From assembly GCF_024521635.1 (NCBI RefSeq), contig NW_026250420.1, forward strand, positions 434,001 to 498,000: a DNA stretch of 64,000 nucleotides. The letters are read 5' to 3'. This document shows, in pieces, positions 51,485 to 64,000 of the stretch. The position numbers were made by a program, and so were the translations under genes. Under the pieces are notes generated by a model. That model worked only from the letters and a program-made list of their open reading frames with translations, was not told the DNA's origin and did not search any database. Position 1 is the first letter of the stretch; the number at the start of each line of letters is the position of its first letter. This DNA comes from Tricharina praecox. Lineage: Eukaryota.

Positions 51485-52795
51485 ATGCAAATACGTCTCC
51501 TCCTCCTCCTCCTCCTCCCGTTCACCACCGCCCCTTCCATAGCATCCCTCCAGCCCTTCCACCATACAAACAGCACAAAGCCCGCAGTCCCCGCCATCGA
51601 CCTCTCGCGCTGGCAGTCACTGCTACCAGACAACACCCCACTCTCGCACCTCTCCATCCCCGGGACCCACGACACGATGTCATACCCAAAACCACCCCGC
51701 CACTCTCTACCATTCACATCACAAACCCAAACCCTCCCCCTCTCCACCCAGCTTCTCTCCGGGATCCGGTACCTGGACCTGCGCCTGCAGCACCACAAAG
51801 ACCGCTTCGTGCTGCACCACGGGGCGGTATACTTGCACTTCGACCTGCCGAGCGTGCTGCACATAATCGAGGAGTTCTTCTCGGGCCCCGGCGCAAAGGA
51901 GACCCTCATCGTCCGCGCCGCCTGCAATAACTGCCACTACTGCCTTCAGAGCCGCTTCCGCAATACCCGCAGCTTCCTGGACACGGCGATGGCGTACGCC
52001 TACGGCGACGTGAGCACGGCGGAGTGGTTCCAAAGGCGGGTGTACTTCCCCCCACCTAGCCGCAGCGGCAGCGGCGAGGGGGAGGAGGGGGAGGGGACAG
52101 AGCTGTGGGTGCCGACGCTCGGCGAGACGCGGGGGAAAGTCGTGTTCGTACAGGATTTCCCTAACGGCGAGGAGCCGTGGGGCGCCATCAACTGGCACGA
52201 CCGGGAGCAAGTGCAGATCCAGGACCTGTGGGACCTCAAGTTCCGCAGCTTCCTCAGCAAGAAGGTCGCCGCCATCAAGAAGTTCTTCTTGGAGACCGTG
52301 TGGCCACTGCATGATCCACCCCCGCCGCCGCCGCCGCCGCCGCCGGAAGACGGGGTTACCCGCGTCATCGTCCGCGTCCACGTCCAGCCCCCGGAGCCCG
52401 CAAAACCCACAAAACCCAAAAAGCCGCCAAAGCACAAGCACCAGCACCCGCCGCCCCCGCCCCCTTTGCCCCCGCCGCTCCAGCCGCAGCCGCAGCCCCC
52501 GCCGCCGCTAACGATCAACCACCTCTCGGGCTCGGGGCTGCTGTGCTGCACGCCGGCGCAGACGAGCCGGTATGTGTACAAGACGCTGTACGAGTGGTTA
52601 CGTCACGGCTGGGACGGGGGCGGCGGAAGGCCGTTGGGAATCGTCGCTGCGGACTATGTCACCACTAATGTGGCGCGGGTCATTGTTGAGAAGAATTTTT
52701 TGAAGGGGGGCGCTGGAGAGGGTGTGGATGTGGATTTTAGATGGGGGTTCTGGGAGGACGGGTGGAGGCAGATGGTGGAGGGGAGGGCTTGTTAG
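51485..52795 (+). CDS. Secreted bacterial-type PI-PLC X-domain phosphodiesterase
   Basis: Signal peptide; LSHLSIPGTHDT (first catalytic His), QLLSGIRYLDLRL, LHHG (second His), PTLGETRGKVV, IQD and GIVAADY; Pro-rich insertion; intronless. Confidence 0.88.
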   Translation: MQIRLLLLLLLPFTTAPSIASLQPFHHTNSTKPAVPAIDLSRWQSLLPDNTPLSHLSIPGTHDTMSYPKPPRHSLPFTSQTQTLPLSTQLLSGIRYLDLRLQHHKDRFVLHHGAVYLHFDLPSVLHIIEEFFSGPGAKETLIVRAACNNCHYCLQSRFRNTRSFLDTAMAYAYGDVSTAEWFQRRVYFPPPSRSGSGEGEEGEGTELWVPTLGETRGKVVFVQDFPNGEEPWGAINWHDREQVQIQDLWDLKFRSFLSKKVAAIKKFFLETVWPLHDPPPPPPPPPPEDGVTRVIVRVHVQPPEPAKPTKPKKPPKHKHQHPPPPPPLPPPLQPQPQPPPPLTINHLSGSGLLCCTPAQTSRYVYKTLYEWLRHGWDGGGGRPLGIVAADYVTTNVARVIVEKNFLKGGAGEGVDVDFRWGFWEDGWRQMVEGRAC

Positions 52796-53728
52796 GAATG
52801 GGGTGTGTTTGGGCGAGGGAGGGAGGGAGCGGCGATCTGTGGAGTATGTATGATGTATCAGGGAAGAAGTATGTGAGTGGAATAGGTAAATGAGGAGGCA
52901 TGGTTGACTACCATTCCGTTGCGTACTCAGAATGGCTACTCTCTATTGAATCTTGACGTTATCCATTGCCACAAGTCCTCAAAGCATCCTCTCCATTCCA
53001 TCGTGGCATGGTACACATCTCGAGTGTCCTAACTATCCCAATGCCAGCCAAAACCATCCATCCATCCATCCATCCATCCATCCATCATTAAAGTCTCTCT
53101 CCATCCCCTCCCCTCTCCCCCCCTCCCCTCCATCTCTCCAAAACACGAATGGGGTATCAGACAACAACAACAACAGCACAAACATAGACACAGAGAGAAA
53201 CGAAACGAAACGAAAGGGGCAAGAAAGGGCAGGGCAGGAAAGGGCAGGGCAGGAAAGCCAAGTAAAAGTAAGGCAAGAAGTAGTAACTAAAGCTTTAATA
53301 AAAGACCGATTTATGGACAAGAAAAAGACAAGAAAGCAACGAAACAAAGCCCCCGCCGCCCCCGCCGCCCCGCCCCCCACGTCTCCCTACGATCTGATCC
53401 GATCGCACACCCCCATCCATCCATCCATCCATCCATCCATTCATCCGCACACGCCTCCCAAAACGCCTCCCAAAATCGCTGAAAAAAACGAAAAAACATC
53501 CCAAAGAAGAAGAAGAAGAAAGAAACAAGCAGAAGAAGAAGTACATATCCCCCACGCCAAAGGCCAAAGTGTCTAGAGTAGTCGAGTAGAGCAGAACAAG
53601 AAAGAAAGAAAGAATGATGGTTCGGAGAAGGAGGCGCGGAGAAAAGGGGGAAGGGGGGGACATTAAACTCATGCCTAACAGCAGCAGCCAAAATCGACGC
53701 CATGCCAAAATCAACAAAAAAAAACAAC

Positions 53729-56700
53729 TCATGATACCAATTCGATGCCCTTGCTCAGACCCCGGATCTCGTCGTCATCGAGCGCCGAGATCCACAGGCA
53801 CCGCTCGCAGACACCGTCAACGGCCACGAATGAGTATTTATGGCTGGCCTCGATCAAGCGCAGTAGGCGCTTGACGATCGCGGCCGTCATGCGGTGGCGC
53901 TCAAAGTTTACTAGCGGCTGCATGTTTGGTACTGCGAAGTGGATTAGTGGTGGCCGTTGTGCGTTGAGGATGAGATCGTGCGTGAAAAGGCCTGGGGAGT
54001 CATTAGTTAGTTATTCCGTCAAAGCTAGGCTGAGCTGAGCTGGATGATGCATACCAACAAACGGAATACATCCGGATTCTCCAGTGACCTTTTCCATTTC
54101 AACCCGGAGATTGTGGAAGTTCCTGACGGGCTGAACGAGAGCTTCTAGTTCCCTGAACGTGTGCATCTCGGCCGCACTGACTAGCTGCCACGTTTTACGC
54201 AGCCGTGCGATGTCGGCGGTGAGAAGCGCGATCGTGATCTGATACATCGTTGCGTAGTTGTACATCTGTCGGGCGTGCGCGGCAATGTGTATCAGTTTTA
54301 CGATCGTCCTGGCCCTCTCGTCGATGGATTTTGTCATGACGACTTCCGAGCGAGCCCATCTGCACATCTATCGCGCAATTGTTAGCACACCGAATCGGCA
54401 GTACGCTCTGAATTACGGGCATAATTACCAGATTGAAGCGTGCGATCACCACCTCGACGCCTTTGATGTCCCTCGAATTTAGAAGCTCGACCCAATCTTT
54501 GACATCGGTATCCGCCTGGCTCCAGCTCAACTCCACGAGCTCCTTCCAATCGATCTCCAATAACGCATCTTTCTCGATCAGGGTGAACTGTTTTGCAAGG
54601 AGCTCCGAATCGTAGGCCAGTATGAACGGCAGATGTATTGCTGTCGGCTCAAGGATTGCACTTTCACGGCTCCGCCTTGGTGTCTCTGTTTGTCTTGTAC
54701 TCTGGCTATGCGGCGATACGTCGATATTACCAGGCGCAGACCGTGGAGTGTGTCTGGGAGTCCGGAACGAATCACCAGAAGTCCTGTTGGGCAACGAAAG
54801 AGCTTGCTCCAATGTTAAAGGCGGGGAGGGAGGATGTCGGAGCGGGTGGGATGGTATTCCCAACTCTTGTATGATTGTCCCTGGAGTGGCCGAAGGATAC
54901 GTGCCGTTTGCGGAACCCTGCTGAACCATTCCGAACGATAGTTCCGACGACAGTTGGCTTGCATTATCGTCATCGTCATCATCGTCATCATCATCATTGC
55001 CCGGATATGGGGATTCCAGGTGGGTTTCCAACTTGGAATCCACATGGCTGAGGTCCATCCCACGATCCCCGGCCCTACTGCCACCGAACTTACCTCCACC
55101 GAATGCATTGATGGAAAGGCCTCTCTCCAGAATTCGGATCGAATCCTCGGATTCTTCACGTACAAGATCGCTCCGATTACTCGAAGTATTCCCATCAATC
55201 ATCGGCGGAGTTTCCAAGGGGTGTTGATCCAAGACCTGTTTATGCCTTCTCCTCAATCGTCTGTTGTGTTCGGGGCCATCATAACCATCATCCTCGTCCT
55301 CATCATCCTCCTCGTCCTCATCGTCGTCGTCCACGCCGTCGTATCCAGGTTCACTGACCACAACCAATGACGAATCCATCTCCCTGCTTCCCAATCTTGC
55401 CATGCTCATACGGAAGTTGAACGTCGGCGAAGTGTCACCACTCCGCTTGCGTTGGTAAGTTCCTTCAAGTTTGGCCAGGGCCACCTCCAAGCCTCCATCG
55501 TCATCCTCATCATCTGGTAGCTCGCGCAACATCTGAACTCCGGCCTCGAAAGATGCTCTGGCGTCGGCAACAGGTGCCTCGCCCGGACCCACCGCTTCCT
55601 CTGCAGACTCGTCGACTGTCGGTTCCTGCGGACAAGTCGCACCGCCATTTTTGCCCATAGCACCGAGTGAGACAACCCCAACAGCAATGGGATGAGGTCC
55701 GGAGACTTCCGAAGAACAGGTTGCAGGCGAGAAGGCTCTCTGTCGAGGCCGCGACTGGAGTTCCGCGCGCAGGTCTTCTTCGAGGGAAAATGGAGCTGTA
55801 GCGATTGATCCGGTGGACATGGGTCTGGGCTGGTCGAGATCGCCAACATGAGCTGCCGCCCGCAAATTCCCGCCAGGCCGCCGTCGCAGCAAGCCACGGG
55901 CAGGAAGGATATCCTCATTATCTCTCGCAAACGATCGAAACTCATTGAATTCTGAGATATTATCCATGGGTGTGCTGAACTGGCTCAGCATGGAATTGAC
56001 CCGGTTGATCGAGAAGGACCGCGCAGAATGCAAAGACCGAACATCCACACCTGTACGATGGATGAACGAAGAGTTTTCGTCAATATTTCCGATATGCCGC
56101 ATATACGGAGACGGAGTTCTTTCGAACGAGAACGATTTGCTGCGCCGCACCAATAACGACCGGGTTTCCATCGTAGGCGCCGGGGAAGGTGTTGCCTCTT
56201 TCCTCTCCACCACGAGCGGTTGTACGATGGAATTCTGGCTTGAGCCATCAGGCTCCGACTCATCCGCCAGAAAGGACATTCCACCAAGCAAGCTTGTCGG
56301 TCTGTTTTGAGGAGACGGGTTGCGTGGCGAAGCGCTAATAGTTGACGGCGAGTCCAAAAAGTCCTTGCGGTCTATTTGGCTTGCGAATGAATGTCGCGGA
56401 TCCTCATCATTGTCCCCGATTTCGCTGATATTACTTCCTACTTCGGCCAACAGATCTGTTTTGCTGCCATCCACCGCGCCATCCATCCCCCTGAGACTGG
56501 AGAGGTCGCCGTCTCGCGACGCTTCGTCCCCCGATGTAACCGCGGCGCTACTTTCGTGCCGTCCCTGGGTGTTTTCTGCTGCCATCATCGCTCTCTGGAA
56601 TGCATCCACAGCACCGGCTCCCAGAAGGTCAACTCTGGCCACTTTACCATCACCAGACGTTCCCATCCCGAGCCTTGATGCGTTTGCTGCTAGGGTTTCG

Positions 56701-59277
56701 ATTGCGCTCATGTGCGAGCGTGTTGACGATGACCTAGATATGTGCTCGTTTGAGACAGCTGCAGACTTATCGCCCCGGCTGACTGAAAGCTGCGAAGTCG
56801 ATTTACCTCCCAAAGCTTTGCGCACGCTCCCGAATAACCTCTTCATCCCGGGAGCATTGGTGGCTTTATTCGGAATGGTCAGATGTTTCTCTGACGGTCT
56901 CATCGGGCGGATTGCCGCGCTGCCACTGGAGCTGCTCGCCGGTAGATCAAAGTTGAAGCTTGCAAACTCATTGACAGGAGTCGAAGGGGCGATAACTTCC
57001 ACAAATGCTGGAGTGGGCGGGAAGCGATTTCCTCTGACGAGAGATCCGGCATACGGGAGAGCCATAAGGAGGTGAGTCGACTTTGCTATCGAGTTTGGCA
57101 ACGGTAGAGGATATCGATGATCCCGAAGTGCATCAGAGAATGATCCCGAACGTTTGTGAGGCCCACCAGGTAGTTTATGCTTCGTTGACAGATTGTTGGA
57201 GGAGGATGCTTTCCTCACCTCCGGCTGGCTCGGTGAAATCGGTGCTGAAGCACTCGATTTCGAGTGAACCGTGGAACGGGTCCGAGACTGCAGCGTGGAG
57301 TTGTTTCCTGTTTTGCTGCCGTCTCTCTTTTCTATCATCGTTGCAGCACGGCGCTGGATAACATCTCGAATGAAAGATTCTGTACCAGAGCTGTTATCGG
57401 GTTGCACGATATCCAGCCTTGGTGGAGGAGTTGTAAGTTGCGATACCCTGAGCATGGTGGACTGCGGTCGTTGTAATGTTTCCTCCCTCGTCCCCGGTGG
57501 TCCACCAGGTTTTATGTCCTCGTCAACGTTGGCGTCAGGGTTGTCCATGTTATCCCAATAGAGTGCACACGTCCTCCTCCAACATTTCTTCAGTTCGCCG
57601 ATGATTTTTAGATCAGAAGCATTGCCGTTGGCTCGGACAGCATGCGTGAGGTCGTTCAGTATCTTGACGAACTCCTGGCGGAAAACAAGAGACGGCACAA
57701 AATCGTCTGCAAAGTAATTCAAAAGCCAGTGCCGAATGGCGACGAACGTCCGCACCCGGACGACCTTCCCTGTATCATCGCCTCTATCTATCGCCCATCG
57801 CAGCCGCGCTACAAGATGGGCGGCCAAATCGCGAGCATTCATGAATAGGCGGTAAGTGAGGAAGAAGTCTGACAGTAGGTGGTAGTCGACGAAGGCTGCG
57901 GACGTAATTTGGGCTATTATTCTTGCCGGTATGGCTGCGCTGATCTCCTGCCGTGCATCGTATCTGACTATCGCTTGATCTTCAGAACCCGGTGGAAACG
58001 AAAGTCTGTCGTAGATCTCAGGGTTGATATCGGCGGGGGCATGCGTCGAAGGAATAGGCGGAGAGGGAATTGGCGGGAAAGTGTTCATGGCCGACGAGGG
58101 CACCAGAGGAGATGGTGACAGTGCCTGTGGTATCGATGGCAGAGAACTCATTCTGTGCATTCCCCCATATGAAAATGATGTGGCCATCGGCGAATTGCCA
58201 TCACGGGAGGAGAAGGCGGGTGAGAGCGATCTTGGATCGACACTCGGCCAAAGCCAACGTCCGTCTATGTGCTGAGACGTTGCACGGGACGATCCCATTT
58301 CTCCGATCGTCGATGGGAGGTGGAGACTCGAGGAACCGTAAAGAAATGGCGTACCGCCGGGTGAGAATCGCGGAGAACCAAGATTATAGTGCGGTATCTG
58401 TACTTCTAAAGAATGGAATGCGTTCTGATGTCCAGCGGTTCGCGGCCGGACACCCTCGGGTGCAGGCCCGTCGCACTGATCTATCAATATCTGAAGTGTA
58501 GGACCAGCCGAGCCTCCATTAGGATGGAAGCGCTCGTCCACGGTGCTGTACGAACGTGACCGCTGGTGACGGGTAGGCGCTACCGGCGGGGAGGACTTTA
58601 TGTATGGATTATTTTCCCTATTACGCTCGACCGCGGGGTTCAAACTAGCAGTGGGCGTCCTGGGGGGAGAAGCTTGACAAGATTCGTCGTAGGCATGCTG
58701 TGGCAACCCGACCATGGCCCGCTCTCTCCGGCGCTCCTCGATTTCCTCGGCGGAATTCGGGGGTGTCGTGGGCAGCGACGCAAAGTTATGCTGGTGCTGC
58801 TGCTGAAGCTCATGCGCAGGTCTTATTACGGGCCTAGCCAAAAACGCGATGTCAGAATGTTCCATCTCGTCCGATCATGTCTGTAGGTGCGAGTGGATAG
58901 CGGTGTGCATCGACAATCCATCGGTGCGGAATACGTGCCCGAGCAACCGGCAAATAGATGTCCGTCTATATTAGGTAACCATACCTCAGATATATTAGTC
59001 CGTTACTGACATTCCCGACTGTAAACTGCTGCCCTCGATCCGCACGGTATTGGGTCCCCGAAACGTTTATCGCTGCCGGAGCGCCCTTTGCTCGCGGCCA
59101 TGCGCGTTCGCGCTGCGCAGGTGCTTCATTCCGTCGTCTTCGTTCCGGGCTTGTAGTAGAGATAGTAGTGGTGGTAGTGGGTTCGGCGGCAGCGGCAATG
59201 GTGCGATCTCGTTGTTGTTTTCGAGGGCCCTGATGTAGTGACGCACCTCTCGGTGGGAATGGCGATTGATCTCCCAT
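53729..59277 (-). CDS. LTE1: LTE1-like Ras-family guanine nucleotide exchange factor (4 exons)
   Basis: Exons 59277-58985, 58833-54429, 54367-54055 and 53991-53729. N-terminal FTVGNV..GLIYLRP; REM domain LLSDFFLTYRLF and VRVRTFVAIRHWLLNYFADDF; CDC25 domain FILAYDSELLAKQFTLIEKDAL, CIPFVGLFTHDL and VNFER. Confidence 0.9.
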
Positions 59278-62200
59278 TGGGTTGCCGAACGACAAAGGTG
59301 TAGATACGACAGAGATATAGCGGCTGGGCAATAGAGTGGGGAAGGGAGGTCCGGGTCGATGGGGGAGGAGGAGGTGGAGGAGGAGGAGCCGGGGGGGGGG
59401 GCGGGATGGGGGAGGCCACGGCGGAAGGAGCGCGCGCGAGGTGGAGGAGGCCCCTAAGAGGCCGCCCCAGTTGTGTAGCGCCTCAGGACGGACGACTCGA
59501 CTCGGTCACGGAGTTTCTGGTGTATCGTTGAGCTGAGGGGCTGCACCCACAATGGGGCTACGAGTCCGAGTCCGAGGTAACGCGATGGATGCGGTGCGAT
59601 GAGGTGCCCGCGGGGGTGGAGTAGTCGGGACAAGCCCAAGCACTAGAGTCGAGTCGAGTCGAGTCGACTTTCGCTGACAGCCACGCGCAGGGCCTGCCTT
59701 ACGGATGGGATGTTGGTTGGGATGCTGCTTGGTGGTTCGGAATGGGGCCGAGTGCGGATAAGTTGCTGTGTTGCGAGGGCTATCTATCAAACGACATACC
59801 GGGACGGTGCTGTGGAGGCCGATGGAGGATGGAGAAGGCAGAAGTCGAGTCCCGTCACGGGCCTACTCTAGGCATAGGCAACACGGGCAATCTGCGCGCG
59901 TAGGCGGCATGGCTGCAGCAGTGGATTACCTACATCTTATTCTGGCAAGGGCCCTGGTCGGTTGGGAGCATTACTCCACCTGGCAGCTGGTAGTATGAAG
60001 CACGTATTTACTTGGACTACGGTACTACTATAAGTACATGTTGGAGAATTCGAACAAGTGAAGAGGACGGTTCTCACATTGAAACCGAGATTCCGATCTT
60101 CTTCTTTTGAATTCTTCGCCCAACTTCTTGCAAGGACACCTGTTTCGCTTTCTTCAGCTTTTGTGGCCATAGAGTACACATGGGGTATCCTGTATGTACT
60201 ACGGGATGTATACCCAGATGCGTGCCAGCTCTTGTTTGCAACAACGTTCGCTCCCAAATTGCACCGACGTACACGGTCTCCATTACTCCCTCGCCGACAA
60301 TGAGAGGAGGGACAATCGAAAGGATTTTGAAAACGACAAAGAAGTCCAAGTTATCCGAGCTCCAGGGAAAAAGGGCAACACATAAGCGCAGAAATAGGCA
60401 GTAAGCACCGCATTTATCGGTACGGCGTCGGGAATGAGGCACGACGAAGAGGCTCATCCATGATACCTAGTAGGCAGCTACAGATGGCCAGGGGGGCCGA
60501 ACCGGGGACAATATTTAAAGGTCAGCAAAGAACATCGCACATAATTGCACGATTCTCGAGAACACTGCGAATCCTAGACTTGCGTACCGTATGATACGTC
60601 AACTGGGAACAGCATGCCCTTCGGTTCTCGCATCGAGATTGCTATGTACATACCCTTATTAATATACAATGCTCGTCAACACATTGCACATTACCATCAC
60701 TGCCCGGTCACTAGAGTAGGTATGCCGTCCGCCGCCACCGCTTCACTAGGCCAAGTCTGATTGATGGATGGAACTTTTGCCTCGGTATTCCTATCTTACC
60801 CACCACCACCACCACCACGTTGTGCGCTTACCACACGATAATGAATGTCGCACAGTGGGAGGGTGCGTCGGATACATACCAGTACGCTCAATGGCCAGCT
60901 GCAGAGTGTGGGAGCTACACATATGCAAGCGGATACTCTACGTACCCACTCGAGCGTCGAGCCCACTGTGCTGCAGAGAAGTCCACCCCAAGTATGTAGG
61001 CTGCGGCCTGGGCAGGATCGATTCTGCGATCGCCCAGGATGGGGTGTCATGCTCGAAGAAAGCTCGTCCGGCTCTGTACTCTGAGACTACAGTTGGAAGG
61101 CTAAAAAGCCACGAGTGAGGAAGTAGTGACGCGAGTGAGAATCGGTGACAGACGTCCCAGCCGGGCGGGGGATGGGCGGGAGGGGAAGGGCGCTTATGTA
61201 CGGACAGCATCACCACGTGGAATCTCATCGGAACATCACAAGGTCTGCTTGCCTTGCCTTTCCGCTCTAACTAGTATGCAGCGCGCGTATAAACAAAGAA
61301 GGTCGGAGGTGAACGGGAGAAGAGCCGGAGTTTCTGCGGCAAGGAAGGAACGAAGGGCTCGTTTTTATTCACTGTTCCCCAGCGTTCCCTTTCACAATAC
61401 TAATACATAACACCGTGATGTCTTCTAAAGACCCTGAATTTCCGGATATCTGGATTGAGCCAGCAAGGAATGATCAATGAGACACTCGCTTGAGTGGAGA
61501 GGACTACATACTGCCAGATGAGGAATGGTTGTTGTGGGTAGTAGGTCTTCATACTCCACTCTACAGCACTCTAGAAGCAACACGAGGGAATTAAAGTGCC
61601 TATGGGCATCGTCGAGCTCACAAACATGGGTACATCCGCACACAGAACCTAGGTAATGAAGTGCCTACTGGTACACTATATCTGGCAAAGACTCCAGGAC
61701 CTTCCAGCTTTACATAACCGGCGGACTTGTGGCATGGCGTTGTGAGTAATTTACTTTCCGCAACAACAGCCAATTCCCACGGCGAAACAGCCACTACGGT
61801 CCCCGTCGTATTAGCTACTCTAGTATGCAACTCGATTGGCGCCGGATTGGGGTAACCATCCGTTATTGCATTGGAAAATGCCGTTCGGCGGTTGTTGCTG
61901 TGGGGAAGTCAGCTAGAACAAACCGTCCACATGCACTTGGGTCGATGGAGGGGGACTGAAACGCCAAGAAACGCATTACACCTCAACTCCAACAGCTCCT
62001 CACAGTTTGTTGGAGCACTCAGCACCGTGTTCTAACAACTACCCAAACTCCACTCACTCAACCTTGCCCCACCCCCCGTTCTACTCTACATAACTCAGCT
62101 CATCGAACCATCGCCGCAAATACCACTGCTACAAATACTGCGACAGCTCTAGTTACCGCCGCCCCACCGTCAATCCAATTGCTCCGGCTACACAAGCGAA

Positions 62201-62288
62201 GGGAACGGTCCCACAGCTGCACCTTTGAACTACCCCCGCCTCCCCCCGCCTCCATCGCAACTCCACTCGCCACTCGCCGCCCGCAACG

Positions 62289-63808
62289 ATGTCTTTCCTC
62301 TTCAGCCGAAACCGTCAGAAGACGCCGCAGGAGCTTGTTCGAGCATTGAAGGATACCATCATGCGGCTGGACACGCCGCTGGAGAAACGTCGGGTATGAG
62401 GGTTTATCGAGGACGTGTTGGAGCGTGTAGCTGACGATCTCTCGCAGGCGTCCGAGGAAGCCACGAGGTTGCTCTCTCAGCTCAAGGTGATCCTACAGGG
62501 AAACACGGGTTTGTATCCCCCATCCCAGTCCTGACCTCTGGCGACCCACCCTGTAGCTTAATTCGGGAGTTAATGTCAAGACTGTGCAGAGTCCGAACCC
62601 TTGCCCGACCAAGTGCAAGCTCTCTCCGACGAAGTCATCAACAAAGACCTCCTCCCGCTTCTCGCAGAGAATCTCTTCCGATTGGATTTTGAGGTACTAC
62701 AATGCCACGACCAAGGGCCAGCGCACTCTTGCTAACAGGAAATCCAGGCCAAAAAAGATGTTGTAGCGCTCTTCAACGGTCTCCTCCGTTACCGCCCACC
62801 GGTCGGACACTTTGGTCAACACGTCTCCCCTCTCTACCCCGTCGTCGAATACCTCAGCCATGACGTCAACGAGCGCAACCGCAGGAACCCCCCGGATACC
62901 CTCCGGACGCTGGTCGAGCACTACAAGTATCACCCGGAGGTTGCCAACAACTGTGGCACAATCCTGCGCGAGAGCTTCAAGCATGAGTCGCTGGCAAGGG
63001 TTGTGCTGTATGGAGAGATGTTCTGGGATTTCTTCGACTATGTGCAGGGAGGAAGCTTCGACATAGCTAGCGATGCCTTCTCAACGTTTAGAGTACGTGC
63101 GAGGTGTCGGGGGACACTGGTACTACGGGTTGAAACGTGCTGACAGCGGTAGGAACTTCTGACAAGGAACAAGAAGCTAGTAGCCGAATTCTTGAGCGAA
63201 AGACAGGTCGATGTATATATGCCAAGTGTCGCATCGTGAATACCATCCGACGGCTAACGGTCATAGTTCTTCCTTCGATATAATACCCTGTTGGTATCGT
63301 CGAACTACGTCACCAAGCGACAGTCGATCAAACTGCTCGGCGAAATCCTTTTGGATCGCGCAAACTACAATGTGATGCTGGAATACGTCGACTCACCGGA
63401 GCATCTCAAGTTGACCATGAACCTTCTGAGAGATAAGAGCAAGAACATCCAATACGAAGCATTCCACGTCTTCAAAGTGAGTCCATGACCGACAATGCAC
63501 CGATGCAGCTGGCTGACCCGAGGCAGGTTTTCGTGGCCAATCCTAAGAAATCGAAGGCGGTGCAAGACATCCTGTTGAAGAACCGCGAGAAGCTTCTGGT
63601 ATTCCTGCCCAAGTTCCATGAAGAACGAAAGGGTAAGTAACTATCCACGGTGTAGGTGATCGAACATGCCCCCGACTAAGACATTCTCACAGACGACGAG
63701 CAGTTTATAGACGAAAAGAGTTTTCTGATGAAGCAGATCCGAGATCTGGGACAGCAGCCCCACCATCCCCAGCAGCAGTACTCGCATTCTGGTATGGTGT
63801 CGGCTTAG
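62289..63808 (+). CDS. HYM1: Mo25/CAB39-family scaffold, Hym1/HymA (8 exons)
   Basis: Exons 62289-62393, 62448-62508, 62590-62693, 62748-63092, 63153-63212, 63267-63476, 63527-63632 and 63693-63808. Motifs [61 protein letters not shown] and DEQFIDEK. Confidence 0.96.
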
Positions 63809-64000
63809 TGTCCCTGGTCCCATTGTGTGTCTGCCATTGTGGCCTCGAGGCATGGAATGTGGAGGGGGGTTTACTGTGCGATTGGGAGGCGATGGCATGG
63901 CAATCAATCAATGGTGCGATGGAAGGGCGGCAGTTCGTAACGAGTACGGTGTTAACATGGCGTTAATGTTTTGATAGTACTTCTTTTCTCTCTTGGAACG

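Overview
Gene-dense nuclear DNA from a filamentous ascomycete: short GT-AG introns with CTRAC-type branch sites and an ascomycete H3 core. A Pezizomycetes origin is only my guess. Splicing by hand gives 17 protein-coding genes: TOP2, a small Cys-rich secreted/GPI-type protein, a Gyp5-like TBC RabGAP, DPH5, a large J-domain protein, an SS18/SSXT-like Q-rich protein, an RGG-tailed ABC-class ATPase of the prokaryote-like/MRB1590 family, divergent histones H3 and H4, a 63-aa twin-CX9C NDUFAF8-like protein, NCS1/FRQ1, a UBE2G/Ubc15-type E2, a Cys-motif hypothetical protein, a JMJD5-like JmjC protein, a secreted PI-PLC X-domain protein, an LTE1-like RasGEF and HYM1/Mo25. Non-coding features are a deleted hAT transposon, a palindromic MITE-like element inside a decayed duplication, a broken tRNA-Ser-like Pol III unit and many microsatellites. 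The most striking observation is that the H3 at the canonical H3-H4 locus has residues 19-22 changed from QLAS to SFAH, which creates a third RKS motif at K18. The RGG-fused ABC ATPase is second. No database searches were run; family assignments come from motifs I recognise.
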